Part shown: in pieces, positions 34,406 through 42,986 of the stretch
Numbering within the stretch: position 1 is the first letter of the stretch
How the letters are laid out: the number at the start of each line of letters is the position of its first letter
Assembly: GCA_035758565.1 (NCBI GenBank)
Contig: DASTXL010000001.1
Span: 75,242-139,241, forward strand
Source of the DNA: Candidatus Saccharimonadales bacterium
GTDB lineage: Bacteria; Patescibacteriota; Saccharimonadia; Saccharimonadales; UBA10212
DNA length: 64,000 bases
Direction: 5' to 3'
Notes under the pieces: generated by a model
The model's input: the letters and a program-made list of their open reading frames with translations, nothing else
Database searches by the model: none
What the model was told of the DNA's origin: nothing
Made by a program: the position numbers and the translations under genes

Positions 34406-35131
34406 ATGCGACGGGTAGAGCAGATTATGGGCATGCCAATAAGCATTGATATTCCCCAGTGCCAGAACGAGGTTGTTTTTGAGGAAGTATTTGACAGGTT
34501 AAAAGAAATAGACCGAAAGTTCAGCCCATATAGACCCGATAGTCAATTGAATCTCCATAATAAAGGTCGACTCAAGCCAGATAAGGAACTCAAGAGCATT
34601 ATTAAAGCTTGCAAAGAGGCCGAAGAGCTAACTGACGGATTTTTTTCGGCTTGGGCCAGCGGTGTTTTTGATCCAAGTGGATACGTAAAAGGCTGGGCAA
34701 TTGACCAAGCCGGCAAGCTCATCAAAAAAGCCGGCTACCAAACTTTTTGCGTAGCTGCCGGCGGCGACATTCTTGCTCGGTCGCAAACCAATAAGGACTG
34801 GGTAATCGGTATTCAAAATCCGTTCGATAAATCCAAGATTATTGGCAGCATCAAAGGAAAAAATTTTGCCGTGGCTACCAGTGGTAATTATGAACGCGGC
34901 GAGCATATTATTAATCTCAAAACCAAAAAGCCGGCGCTGGAATTGGCTAGCTTTACCGTGACAGGCAAGAATATTATCGAAGCCGACGTGTTGGCAACGG
35001 CCGGATTCGTGGCCGGTGATTTCGGTATTAATTTTGTGGGCAACCAGCACGGCTATGAAGCTCTGGCTATAAATTTAGACGGCCGAGTTTCGGCCACCGG
35101 CGGGATGAAGAAAATTTTCAGACCGGTTTAG
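34406..35131 (+). CDS. apbE: FAD:protein FMN transferase (ApbE family), short form without signal peptide
   Basis: IMGMPISIDI, FSPYRPDSQLNLHN, GYVKGWAIDQAG, AAGGDILA, ATSGNYERGEHIIN, ADVLATAGFV. Confidence 0.85.
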   Translation: MRRVEQIMGMPISIDIPQCQNEVVFEEVFDRLKEIDRKFSPYRPDSQLNLHNKGRLKPDKELKSIIKACKEAEELTDGFFSAWASGVFDPSGYVKGWAIDQAGKLIKKAGYQTFCVAAGGDILARSQTNKDWVIGIQNPFDKSKIIGSIKGKNFAVATSGNYERGEHIINLKTKKPALELASFTVTGKNIIEADVLATAGFVAGDFGINFVGNQHGYEALAINLDGRVSATGGMKKIFRPV

Positions 35132-36633
35132 TTGCCGTAGCCCGGGAAGAAGTCGGTTTTTATCCGACTTTGTGATATGCCGAGCTCGGTTAAGTGCAGG
35201 CGGATAAACTCGGTAAAAGCCTGTGATCCAGAAATATAAAAAGTGCGCTCGTGGTAATCGGGCAAGCTCCGGGCAATAGTTTGCTTGGTGATGGCCGAGG
35301 TGGTGCAAAGGGCCTTCAAGCCAAGCGGCTCAAGATCGGTGAAAACCTTGCGAAAAGCTATCTCTTCTTTCTTGCTAACCGCGTAAATCAGGCCAACGTC
35401 GCGTTTTTGGTTTTGATCAACCAAATATTTGCTCATGCTGCGAAACGGCGTAATACCAACGCCGCCGGCTATGAAAGCCAGCTTTCTAGTCGTGTCTTCG
35501 GGCAAAGTAAAACTGCCGGTTAGATAAGAAGCTAGAATGGGGTCGCCGGGTTTTAGCTGTTCTAGCTGCTGCTTGAAGGCGCTCGGCTTAGAAGGTAATT
35601 TGACAGTAAACATTACTTGCTTTTCCGTGGGTGAAGACGAGATTGTCAGGTAGCGGCGGTTACCGCGTGAGTCGCTCTTTGCTTGTTTTAATGTCCACTC
35701 CATGTACTGACCGGCCTTAAAATTAAAGTTTTTAGGTGCCGAAAATACGTAGCTATAAATTCCTTCGGCATCTTTGACCTTGTGAATAAAGCTGAATTGA
35801 AAGCGGCGGTTGGGCGCGATCAAAAAGGTGAGCGCATTGCCAATCAGCAATGACTCTTCCGGGCTGATATGCAGCCTATTAAGCGAGTAAACTACACCGA
35901 CCGCTACGGCGTAAATCAAAGTTGGGTTGAGTGTGGCGGGCGAAGTGAGCGGCTCCGTTAGCATAATGGTGGCAAAGAAAAGCAAAGGCGTATAGATAAT
36001 TCCTAGCCATACTAAGTGCTGTACCGTGTCGGTACTGCTGCCGGTTGGCACTTGTAAAATCAAAATCAACACGTAGACGGCCGAGAATACTAAAGCCAGA
36101 CTAAAGCGTTTGATTTTGCGCAAAATCAGAATACCGCCAATGGCGACTATCGGCAGAGTGAATTTAGACCCGACCCACCACGAGGCGTAGTCGCTAAAGA
36201 TCGTGCCGGCAACAAAGGCGCCAAAGGCAGCCGGATTAAAAATATGGGCTCTGCGGAATACCAAAACGTATTTGGAGGCCATAGCCACCGCCGCGGCGAT
36301 CGCCAAAATTGCATAGTCGCTGCCGGTGGTCGCCGGTGATAGAATCAACGTTAAAATTAAGCCGCTTATCAAAGCCGATTCTTTGTTGGCCGGAATATTA
36401 AGCGCGCGTGAAAGAATCTTATTCGCTATCCAGCAAACGGCGAGTATTAAAGCTGTCGAGGCTAAAATGTGATCCCACGAGAATCCCACTTGGTGAAAAA
36501 AGCTGCCGATTACGCTCCAGCCCAGCAGTGCTAACAAAACGTAAAGGACCAACCGGTAGGAAGTGAGTTGGTCGTTGATTTTATCAACAAGCGAGACGCA
36601 TCGCTGCCAAGTTAGGTTGATCTGGGTAAGCAT
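35128..36633 (-). CDS. RnfD/NqrB-like membrane domain fused to an FNR-type FAD/NAD(P)H-binding reductase
   Basis: N-terminal half: ESALISGLILTLILSP, HIFNPAAFGAF, IMLTEPLTSPAT (RnfD-like). C-terminal half: RRYLTISS (RxYS), GGVGITPFRSM (NAD site). Confidence 0.65.
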   Translation of the reverse strand: MLTQINLTWQRCVSLVDKINDQLTSYRLVLYVLLALLGWSVIGSFFHQVGFSWDHILASTALILAVCWIANKILSRALNIPANKESALISGLILTLILSPATTGSDYAILAIAAAVAMASKYVLVFRRAHIFNPAAFGAFVAGTIFSDYASWWVGSKFTLPIVAIGGILILRKIKRFSLALVFSAVYVLILILQVPTGSSTDTVQHLVWLGIIYTPLLFFATIMLTEPLTSPATLNPTLIYAVAVGVVYSLNRLHISPEESLLIGNALTFLIAPNRRFQFSFIHKVKDAEGIYSYVFSAPKNFNFKAGQYMEWTLKQAKSDSRGNRRYLTISSSPTEKQVMFTVKLPSKPSAFKQQLEQLKPGDPILASYLTGSFTLPEDTTRKLAFIAGGVGITPFRSMSKYLVDQNQKRDVGLIYAVSKKEEIAFRKVFTDLEPLGLKALCTTSAITKQTIARSLPDYHERTFYISGSQAFTEFIRLHLTELGISQSRIKTDFFPGYGN

Positions 36634-36679
36634 ACGCTTAATTTCATCTTAAATTGCTGAGGGCGAACTTAAAATATCT

Positions 36680-37882
36680 TTAAGCGATTTTTTTGGGCGC
36701 GCATATGGTGCAATCTTCTGGACCTTCCATATTCTCGGCTAGCCAGTGCTTGGAGGATTTCCACCACGGTTCGTAGTCATTAAAGCCTCTAAAGTCGGCA
36801 GCACTTCTAAGCAACCAGCCGAGCTTGCCATAGATTTGTACTTTGCCCCAAAGTACGGCTGCCCACCACGGACCGACCGGAGTCACATAAATCGGCCGCT
36901 TTGGCGTGTAGGCCTTGGCTGCCTTGCCGCGGGCCAAGCGTTTTAAGTTACGAGTCACGAAAGACGCGTCATAAAGAGCAGTTTGAGCCATGCCCGAATA
37001 CAGAGTGTCGGCATTATCGCCAATAACGTAAATATTGTCTTCGGCCTGCAGGTGATCGTCCACCAGGACCTTGCCGCGTTCGTTTAACTTGAATTCGTTA
37101 GCTGAAAAGAAAGGATGGTTAGTAACGCCGGCCGTCCAGACCACGGTATGGCTGGCAATATCGTGGCCGCTGACTGTTAAGCCTTCGGCGGTCTCGGCAC
37201 TGACTGTCTGGCCTAGATAAAGTTTGACGCCCAAACGGCGCAACCGCCGGGCTACAGCTTTTGAATAACTCTTGGGCATGCGGCCCATTAACTGCGGCGC
37301 GGCCTCTACTAGGTCGATATGTAGCGAGTGCTTTTTAATTCCGTGGCGCGCCATAATCGATTTTAAGTAGGCGGGCAAAGCGCCAGCTAGCTCAACTCCG
37401 GTCGGGCCGCCACCGATGACTACGTAGTTAAGATCGGGCTTACCTTCGTCTAGCATCTGTTTATGCAAATGGTCACGTAGTTCCGTAGCGTCTTCTATGG
37501 TTTTAATGCCGTAAGAATATTCTTTAAGGCCCTTAATACCAAAGTAATTGGTTATCACGCCAAGAGCGATCACTAGGTCGTCGTAAGAGTATTTTTTGCC
37601 GGACTCGCCGACCACGTGCTTGGCGGTGCGATCAATATTTTTGGCGCTGTCTTTGATTAACTTCACATTTTTGCCAGCGAAAATTTCACTGAGTGGTATC
37701 TGTGAAGCTGATAGCCTACCACCAGTTGCCGCATGGTAGAGGGTGGGGTAGTAGCGGAAATTATCCTGCTCACTCAGCAGCGCTACATCGAACCTATCGT
37801 TATCAGCTAGCTCCAGCGCTACTTTAATACCGCCAAAGCCGCCGCCTATTATTAGGATTTTCTTTTTGTTTTTTTCCATCAA
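36680..37882 (-). CDS. ndh: Type II NADH dehydrogenase-like FAD-dependent oxidoreductase
   Basis: KILIIGGGFGGIKVA (first dinucleotide fold), YVVIGGGPTGVELAG (second), IYVIGDNA. Confidence 0.85.
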   Translation of the reverse strand: MMEKNKKKILIIGGGFGGIKVALELADNDRFDVALLSEQDNFRYYPTLYHAATGGRLSASQIPLSEIFAGKNVKLIKDSAKNIDRTAKHVVGESGKKYSYDDLVIALGVITNYFGIKGLKEYSYGIKTIEDATELRDHLHKQMLDEGKPDLNYVVIGGGPTGVELAGALPAYLKSIMARHGIKKHSLHIDLVEAAPQLMGRMPKSYSKAVARRLRRLGVKLYLGQTVSAETAEGLTVSGHDIASHTVVWTAGVTNHPFFSANEFKLNERGKVLVDDHLQAEDNIYVIGDNADTLYSGMAQTALYDASFVTRNLKRLARGKAAKAYTPKRPIYVTPVGPWWAAVLWGKVQIYGKLGWLLRSAADFRGFNDYEPWWKSSKHWLAENMEGPEDCTICAPKKIA

Positions 37883-37982
37883 GCTTAAGTTTATAACATT
37901 TTCGGTAATTTATCGAGTATTGTCCGCTTACCGACCATAGGTTATGATGCTTTAACAACTTTATAAAAGTGAGGGGTATATT

Positions 37983-39437
37983 TTGGCAAAAAAACAATTA
38001 TCAAAACATTCTGAGAACAAATGGGTGATCTTGGCGTTACTAGCTATGGCTCAGTTTATGGTGGTGGTAGACGTAACCATCGTCAACGTGGCATTGCCAT
38101 CAATGGCCCAGGCCCTCAAATTTACGGCCAACAACTTGCAATGGGTAATCACGGCCTATACTTTGACGTTCGGCGGTTTCTTGCTGCTTGGCGGCCGAGC
38201 GGCTGATCTTTACGGCCGACGCAAAATCTTTATCTGGTCAGTTGCCTTTTTTGCCGCAATGAGCTTACTGTGCGGCCTAGCTCAATCTGATACTCAGGTA
38301 ATTATCGCCCGGGCGTTACAAGGACTAGCGGGCGCCATCATGTCGCCGGCGGCACTTTCGATCGTAATTAGCGAATTCAACGAAGGTAAAGAACGCAACA
38401 CGGCGCTTGGTGTGTGGGCGGGTGTGGCGGCCGGTGGATCGGCCGTTGGCTTGTTGCTCGGCGGTATTTTGACTCAGTACCTAAGCTGGCGCTGGAACTT
38501 CTTTGTAAACGTGCCAATCGGTATTGGCGTAGTTTACGCAGCTGTTAAACTCTTGCCGCACCATATTGGTGAAGAAAACAAAAAACTTCATCTGGACTTG
38601 CCCGGCGCCGTGCTCGGTACGGCCGGTTTGATGAGTTTGGTTTACGGCCTATCAAAAGCACCAGCTGATGGCTGGGGCTCGGCAACCGTTTGGGAATTTA
38701 TCGTAGCCGCTATTGTTCTGCTAATTGGCTTTGTACTTAATGAACGCCGTACCGATCAACCCATGCTGCCGCTTGACCTATTCAAAATCCGCAACGTTTC
38801 GGGTGGTAACGCAACGGCTCTGGCCATAGCCTGTACGTTGTTTAGCATGTTCTATTTCATGACGCTTTATGTTCAGACGGTGTTGGGTTACGGTCCGGCT
38901 AAGTCCGGTGTGTCTTTCATGGTAGTAACGGTAGTGATTGGCGGAACCAGCGCTTTCGTTTCCAAGAAAGTCAATAAGGTTGGCTATAAGCCATTCTTGG
39001 TTGCCGGCCCAATATTCTTGGCCATCGGTCTCTATGTAACGAGTGTCTTAATGAAGGTCAATGGCCATTACTGGCAAAATGTCTTCCCAGGCTTAGTGCT
39101 GATAGCTCTTGGAATGGGTTGTTCGTTCATCTCTATGACTTTGGCTGCAACTAGCGGCGTGCCTAAGCATTTTTCGGGTATTGCTTCTGGCGTTCTTAAC
39201 ACTTCCCAGCAGGTGGGTGGCGCCATTGGCCTGGCTATTTTGTCGGCCGTATATGCCTCTGATCTTAAGACCGGTTTAGCAAACGGTACGTCGGTAGCCA
39301 ATGCTAAAATTCACGGCTTTCAAGCTGGTTTGCACGTTGGTGTCGCTTTGGCTGTAGTCGCCGCCATAGTTGCACTACTGGTAGTCAAAAACGAAAAAGT
39401 CAACGCCGAAGATCTAGCCGCGGTTGCTGCTGCTTAG
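37983..39437 (+). CDS. MFS transporter, DHA2 (EmrB/QacA, 14-TMS) family
   Basis: VDVTIVNVALPSM, GGRAADLYGRRKIF (motif A), about 14 hydrophobic segments. TTG start 6 nt after GAGGGG. Confidence 0.85.
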   Translation: MAKKQLSKHSENKWVILALLAMAQFMVVVDVTIVNVALPSMAQALKFTANNLQWVITAYTLTFGGFLLLGGRAADLYGRRKIFIWSVAFFAAMSLLCGLAQSDTQVIIARALQGLAGAIMSPAALSIVISEFNEGKERNTALGVWAGVAAGGSAVGLLLGGILTQYLSWRWNFFVNVPIGIGVVYAAVKLLPHHIGEENKKLHLDLPGAVLGTAGLMSLVYGLSKAPADGWGSATVWEFIVAAIVLLIGFVLNERRTDQPMLPLDLFKIRNVSGGNATALAIACTLFSMFYFMTLYVQTVLGYGPAKSGVSFMVVTVVIGGTSAFVSKKVNKVGYKPFLVAGPIFLAIGLYVTSVLMKVNGHYWQNVFPGLVLIALGMGCSFISMTLAATSGVPKHFSGIASGVLNTSQQVGGAIGLAILSAVYASDLKTGLANGTSVANAKIHGFQAGLHVGVALAVVAAIVALLVVKNEKVNAEDLAAVAAA

Positions 39438-39850
39438 GCTTTAGGGCAGTTGGCACACAAGCCATAGATTTCGAGGTGATGGCCGCGTGGGCTGAAGTTC
39501 TCTTTGGACACAACGGAATTAATCATAGTTTCTAACATAGCATTAGCGGGCAGGGGGTAAACCCGGTTGCAATTAGTGCAATAAAAGTGGTGATGGTGCT
39601 CGGAGAAAATATCCGATAATTCGATTTTGTATTTCCAGCCAATATTTAGTCGGTGAACGATTCCCAGATCTTCGAACAACTCGATAATCCTGTACACGGT
39701 CGCTCTGTCTACTTTGTCTTCGGCGCGCTTGACCAGCACTTGCATACTTTGCGGTTCCTGGTTGAGCAAAAGATCAAAAATAATCTTTCTAGGCCTGGTC
39801 AGGCTCGAGCCGTTCTTCCTTAAAAGAGCCTTCAATGATTCGTAATGCAT
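39434..39850 (-). CDS. Fur-family metalloregulator (Zur-like by context)
   Basis: Winged-helix N-terminus (DRATVYRIIELFEDLGIV). HHHFYCTNCNRV and GLCANC are the metal-site Cys pairs. Divergent from the ZIP transporter gene. Confidence 0.8.
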   Translation of the reverse strand: MHYESLKALLRKNGSSLTRPRKIIFDLLLNQEPQSMQVLVKRAEDKVDRATVYRIIELFEDLGIVHRLNIGWKYKIELSDIFSEHHHHFYCTNCNRVYPLPANAMLETMINSVVSKENFSPRGHHLEIYGLCANCPKA

Positions 39851-39866
39851 AAGCGAATTTTATATT

Positions 39867-39887
39867 TTTTGCGACATATTTGCAAAA
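39867..39887. promoter_or_regulatory. Inverted repeat TTTTGC-N9-GCAAAA in the Fur/ZIP divergent promoter region (candidate Fur/Zur box)
   Basis: ttttgcgacatatttgcaaaa. AT-rich dyad between two divergent genes. Confidence 0.3.
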
Positions 39888-39915
39888 GTGGGCTGGTGCC
39901 AGATAAATTAACTTC

Positions 39916-40641
39916 ATGGATGCTTTTTTGCTTTCGATCATTGCCGCGCTGGGCGCTTTGGTAGGCGGCTTTATCGCGCTGAATAGCCGTCGTCATTTAT
40001 ATAAAGCTCTAGGTTTTACCGCCGGAGTCATTTTGGGCTTAGTGGCTTTTGATCTGTTGCCGGAAATTTTTAAAATCATAAATTCGACCAGCCTTGATAG
40101 CAAATGGCCGATGATTGCGCTGTGTTTTGGGTTTTTGTTTATGCATGTGGTTGAAAAGCTTATTTTGTTTCACCACGCCGAGGAGCAGGAATACGGTCCA
40201 CACGTGCACCCCTACGTAGGTTTTGTGAGCGCCATTGCGCTGGCCGGCCATAGCTTTTTGGATGGAGTGGCCATTGGCCTGGCCTTTCAGGTTAATAGCT
40301 CAATTGGTACGACCGTGGCCATTGCGGTAATCGCCCATCGTTTTGCCGATGGGTTTAATACTACGAACGTCATGCTTTATAACAAGAACCAGCCTAAGCG
40401 CGCCAGGCAAATGCTAATGGTAGCCGCCGCTATGCCGATACTTGGCGCGCTTTTTACTCAAATCTTTAGTTTATCCGAGAAGTCGCTGGCGATTTATTTA
40501 GGGTTTTTCGCGGGCTTTTTGCTATATATCGGTGCCAGCGAAATTTTGCCCCAGGCTCATTCTAAAAAATCTTCGCGCATCACTATTGGGCTCACCGTAC
40601 TGGGCACTGTTTTTATGTTTATCGTGACCCGTTTAGCCTAA
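39916..40641 (+). CDS. ZIP family metal (zinc) transporter
   Basis: HSFLDGVAIGLAF and IAHRFADGF are motifs typical of ZupT-like ZIP permeases. His-rich loop HHAEEQEYGPHVH. Confidence 0.8.
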   Translation: MDAFLLSIIAALGALVGGFIALNSRRHLYKALGFTAGVILGLVAFDLLPEIFKIINSTSLDSKWPMIALCFGFLFMHVVEKLILFHHAEEQEYGPHVHPYVGFVSAIALAGHSFLDGVAIGLAFQVNSSIGTTVAIAVIAHRFADGFNTTNVMLYNKNQPKRARQMLMVAAAMPILGALFTQIFSLSEKSLAIYLGFFAGFLLYIGASEILPQAHSKKSSRITIGLTVLGTVFMFIVTRLA

Positions 40642-40658
40642 AAAGGTATACTTAAAAA

Positions 40659-41291
40659 GTGAAAATTAAGCTTTTAATAGTTGCTTTGATTGTTGCTGCG
40701 GCCGGCTTTCTAGTTTACAAACATGACCACGATCAGCCAATTGTGGCCGACGCACTCAACAAGGCCCAGTCAGCTGCAGATAACGCAGCGAGCGATGCGG
40801 CAAATAGTGCCACTAGTGCTGCCAAAGCTAAGGCCGAGGCCGAAGCAATATGCGCCACTAATAAGCTAGATCAAAACATTATTGTTAGTATTTCTAAACA
40901 GCATTTATGGGCTTGCGAAGGCGCCACCAGCAAATATGATTCTGCAGTAGTAACCGGCATGGAAAGCTACGCTGCCGATCTTACGCCCGTTGGCACTTAC
41001 CATATTTACGGCAAGCAAACAGACCAAACACTGACCGGTTCAGACGCAACCGGCAGCTGGAGTGACCCAGTCAGTTATTGGGAGCCATTCCTTTATAACA
41101 AATACGGAGCTTATGGATTCCATGATGCCACATGGCGGGCAAATTCGGACTTCGGCAATATTGACGTAAATGCGCCGTTTACTACTACCGCTAAATCTGG
41201 TTCGCACGGCTGTGTCGAGCTTCCGCTGGCTACAGCCAAATGGATATATGATTGGTCAACCATCGGCACGACCGTAACTATCCAGAGCTAA
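40659..41291 (+). CDS. L,D-transpeptidase (YkuD domain)
   Basis: N-terminal TM. GTYHIYGK..., GFHDATW..., SGSHGCVELP (SxGC active site). GTG lies 6 nt after TATACT. Confidence 0.8.
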   Translation: MKIKLLIVALIVAAAGFLVYKHDHDQPIVADALNKAQSAADNAASDAANSATSAAKAKAEAEAICATNKLDQNIIVSISKQHLWACEGATSKYDSAVVTGMESYAADLTPVGTYHIYGKQTDQTLTGSDATGSWSDPVSYWEPFLYNKYGAYGFHDATWRANSDFGNIDVNAPFTTTAKSGSHGCVELPLATAKWIYDWSTIGTTVTIQS

Positions 41292-41315
41292 CCTAAAGCT
41301 CTATAATAGTAGGTA

Positions 41316-42374
41316 ATGATAGCGGTAGTAATTATTTTGGGAGTTCTGGTTGCCTCGCTTGTCGGCTTTATTTTGTGGATGCTGACTCGGCCTAAAACCA
41401 GCGCGTCAGAAACCATGCTTTTAAAAGCTGACATGCAGGAACTTACCAAAGGCATGGGCGCGCTGAAAGATTCTTTGCAAAAGCAGCTTACCGAGCAGAT
41501 GGGGCAAAGCAATAAACAAATGCAGGCTCAGTTCGCGGCCAGCGCTAAGATTATCGCTGACGTTACGCAGAAACTGACCGAACTTGATCGCACAAACAAA
41601 TCCGTTGGCGACGTAGCTAGCGAGCTCAAAACTTTGCAAAACGTTTTGCAGAACCCCAAGCAGCGTGGGGTTTTGGGCGAATATTATCTAGACCAGATTC
41701 TTAAGAATTTGCTGCCACCAGGTGCTTATGAACTGCAATATAAAATGGGCGCCGGCATGACTGTCGACGCCGTGGTTAGGCTCGACGATAAGTTGTTGCC
41801 GATTGATTCCAAGTTCAGCCTGGAAAATTATAATCGCTTACTGGACGCCAAACCCGAAGAGCGGCCGGCGCTAGAGCGGGCTTTCAAGGAAGATTTAAAG
41901 CGCCGCATCGACGAGACCGCCAAATATATCAACCCGGGCAAGGGAACTCTTGACCAAGCTCTGATGTTTATACCGAGCGAGGCGATTTATTATGACCTAT
42001 TGGCCAATAAAGTCGGCGCTGCCGGCGTAAGTGGCCGCAACTTAATGCAATACGCCGCCAAAGACAAGAAAGTAACTATCGTTGGCCCCAGTACTTTGTC
42101 GGCTATGCTGCAGGTGATTGTGCAGGGCCTGCGCAGCATCGAAATCCAAAAAGACACCGATAAAATCCGCAAAAACATCGAGCAATTATCTAAGCACTTA
42201 ATGGCGCACAATGGCTACATGCAAAAGCTTGGCGCCAGCTTGGGCACAACCGTAGGCCACTTTAACACCACCTATAAAGAACTAGGCAAAATCGATAAAG
42301 ACATCGTCAAAATCGCCGAAGTCGAACCGACCGTCGAGCCGGTCCTCATCGACCGCCCAACCTTAGAAGATTAA
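41316..42374 (+). CDS. rmuC: DNA recombination protein RmuC
   Basis: N-terminal TM, coiled coil, then QRGVLGEYYLDQIL...VDAVVRL...LPIDSKFSLE...FIPSEAIYYD. Confidence 0.85.
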   Translation: MIAVVIILGVLVASLVGFILWMLTRPKTSASETMLLKADMQELTKGMGALKDSLQKQLTEQMGQSNKQMQAQFAASAKIIADVTQKLTELDRTNKSVGDVASELKTLQNVLQNPKQRGVLGEYYLDQILKNLLPPGAYELQYKMGAGMTVDAVVRLDDKLLPIDSKFSLENYNRLLDAKPEERPALERAFKEDLKRRIDETAKYINPGKGTLDQALMFIPSEAIYYDLLANKVGAAGVSGRNLMQYAAKDKKVTIVGPSTLSAMLQVIVQGLRSIEIQKDTDKIRKNIEQLSKHLMAHNGYMQKLGASLGTTVGHFNTTYKELGKIDKDIVKIAEVEPTVEPVLIDRPTLED

Positions 42375-42934
42375 GCTACCAGGTCGCTTGGTTGACGGAA
42401 GGATACAATGATGTCGCGGCGATCTCGGCCCTGGCCTGTGCCATCATCTTCGCCGTAGCCCTCTAGCCATTCTTCACCTTCGTAGTGAAAACCCACATAG
42501 TCTACCATTGCTCCCTTGCTGGCCCGCTTAACCAGTACCAGGCGAACAATCTTGAGAGCTTGTCTTTCGCGGAGATCGGCTGCGGCTACATCTAAGCTAT
42601 GCCCGCCTTCGACAATTCCGTCAGTCAACAGGACGACCCGCCCCGCAACATCTACCTCGACCGGTCGCTCTACCCGAGGTTCGCGAGCCTGTCCATTATC
42701 GTAACGGCTGACTTTCATGGGGGCTACGGGCGGGTTAAATGGTTCTTGGAGCAGACCAAACTGTCTAACCAGCTCGTCTGAGGTTTCCCTGCCGCCTCGG
42801 TGCATAGGGACCACAACCGGATCAAGGTGGCGCATATCATTGGTAACTTGTGCGGCTAGCTGACCTAGACGCTCGGCGATTTCTGCTTCGCGGTAGGCCA
42901 CCTCGCCGCGCAGTCTCTCAGTAGCAATTAACAA
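42371..42934 (-). CDS. Divergent type-I phosphoribosyltransferase (Hpt-like)
   Basis: VVPMHRGG, RVVLLTDGIVEGGHSL (degenerate PRPP loop), VDYVGFHYEGEEWLEGYGED (Hpt-like C-terminus). TTG start 6 nt after GAGGAG. Confidence 0.5.
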   Translation of the reverse strand: MLIATERLRGEVAYREAEIAERLGQLAAQVTNDMRHLDPVVVPMHRGGRETSDELVRQFGLLQEPFNPPVAPMKVSRYDNGQAREPRVERPVEVDVAGRVVLLTDGIVEGGHSLDVAAADLRERQALKIVRLVLVKRASKGAMVDYVGFHYEGEEWLEGYGEDDGTGQGRDRRDIIVSFRQPSDLVA

Positions 42935-42986
42935 ATAAAGCTCCTCATTTGTCTTTATAAAAACATTTTACGGCCCAGTGAGCAAA

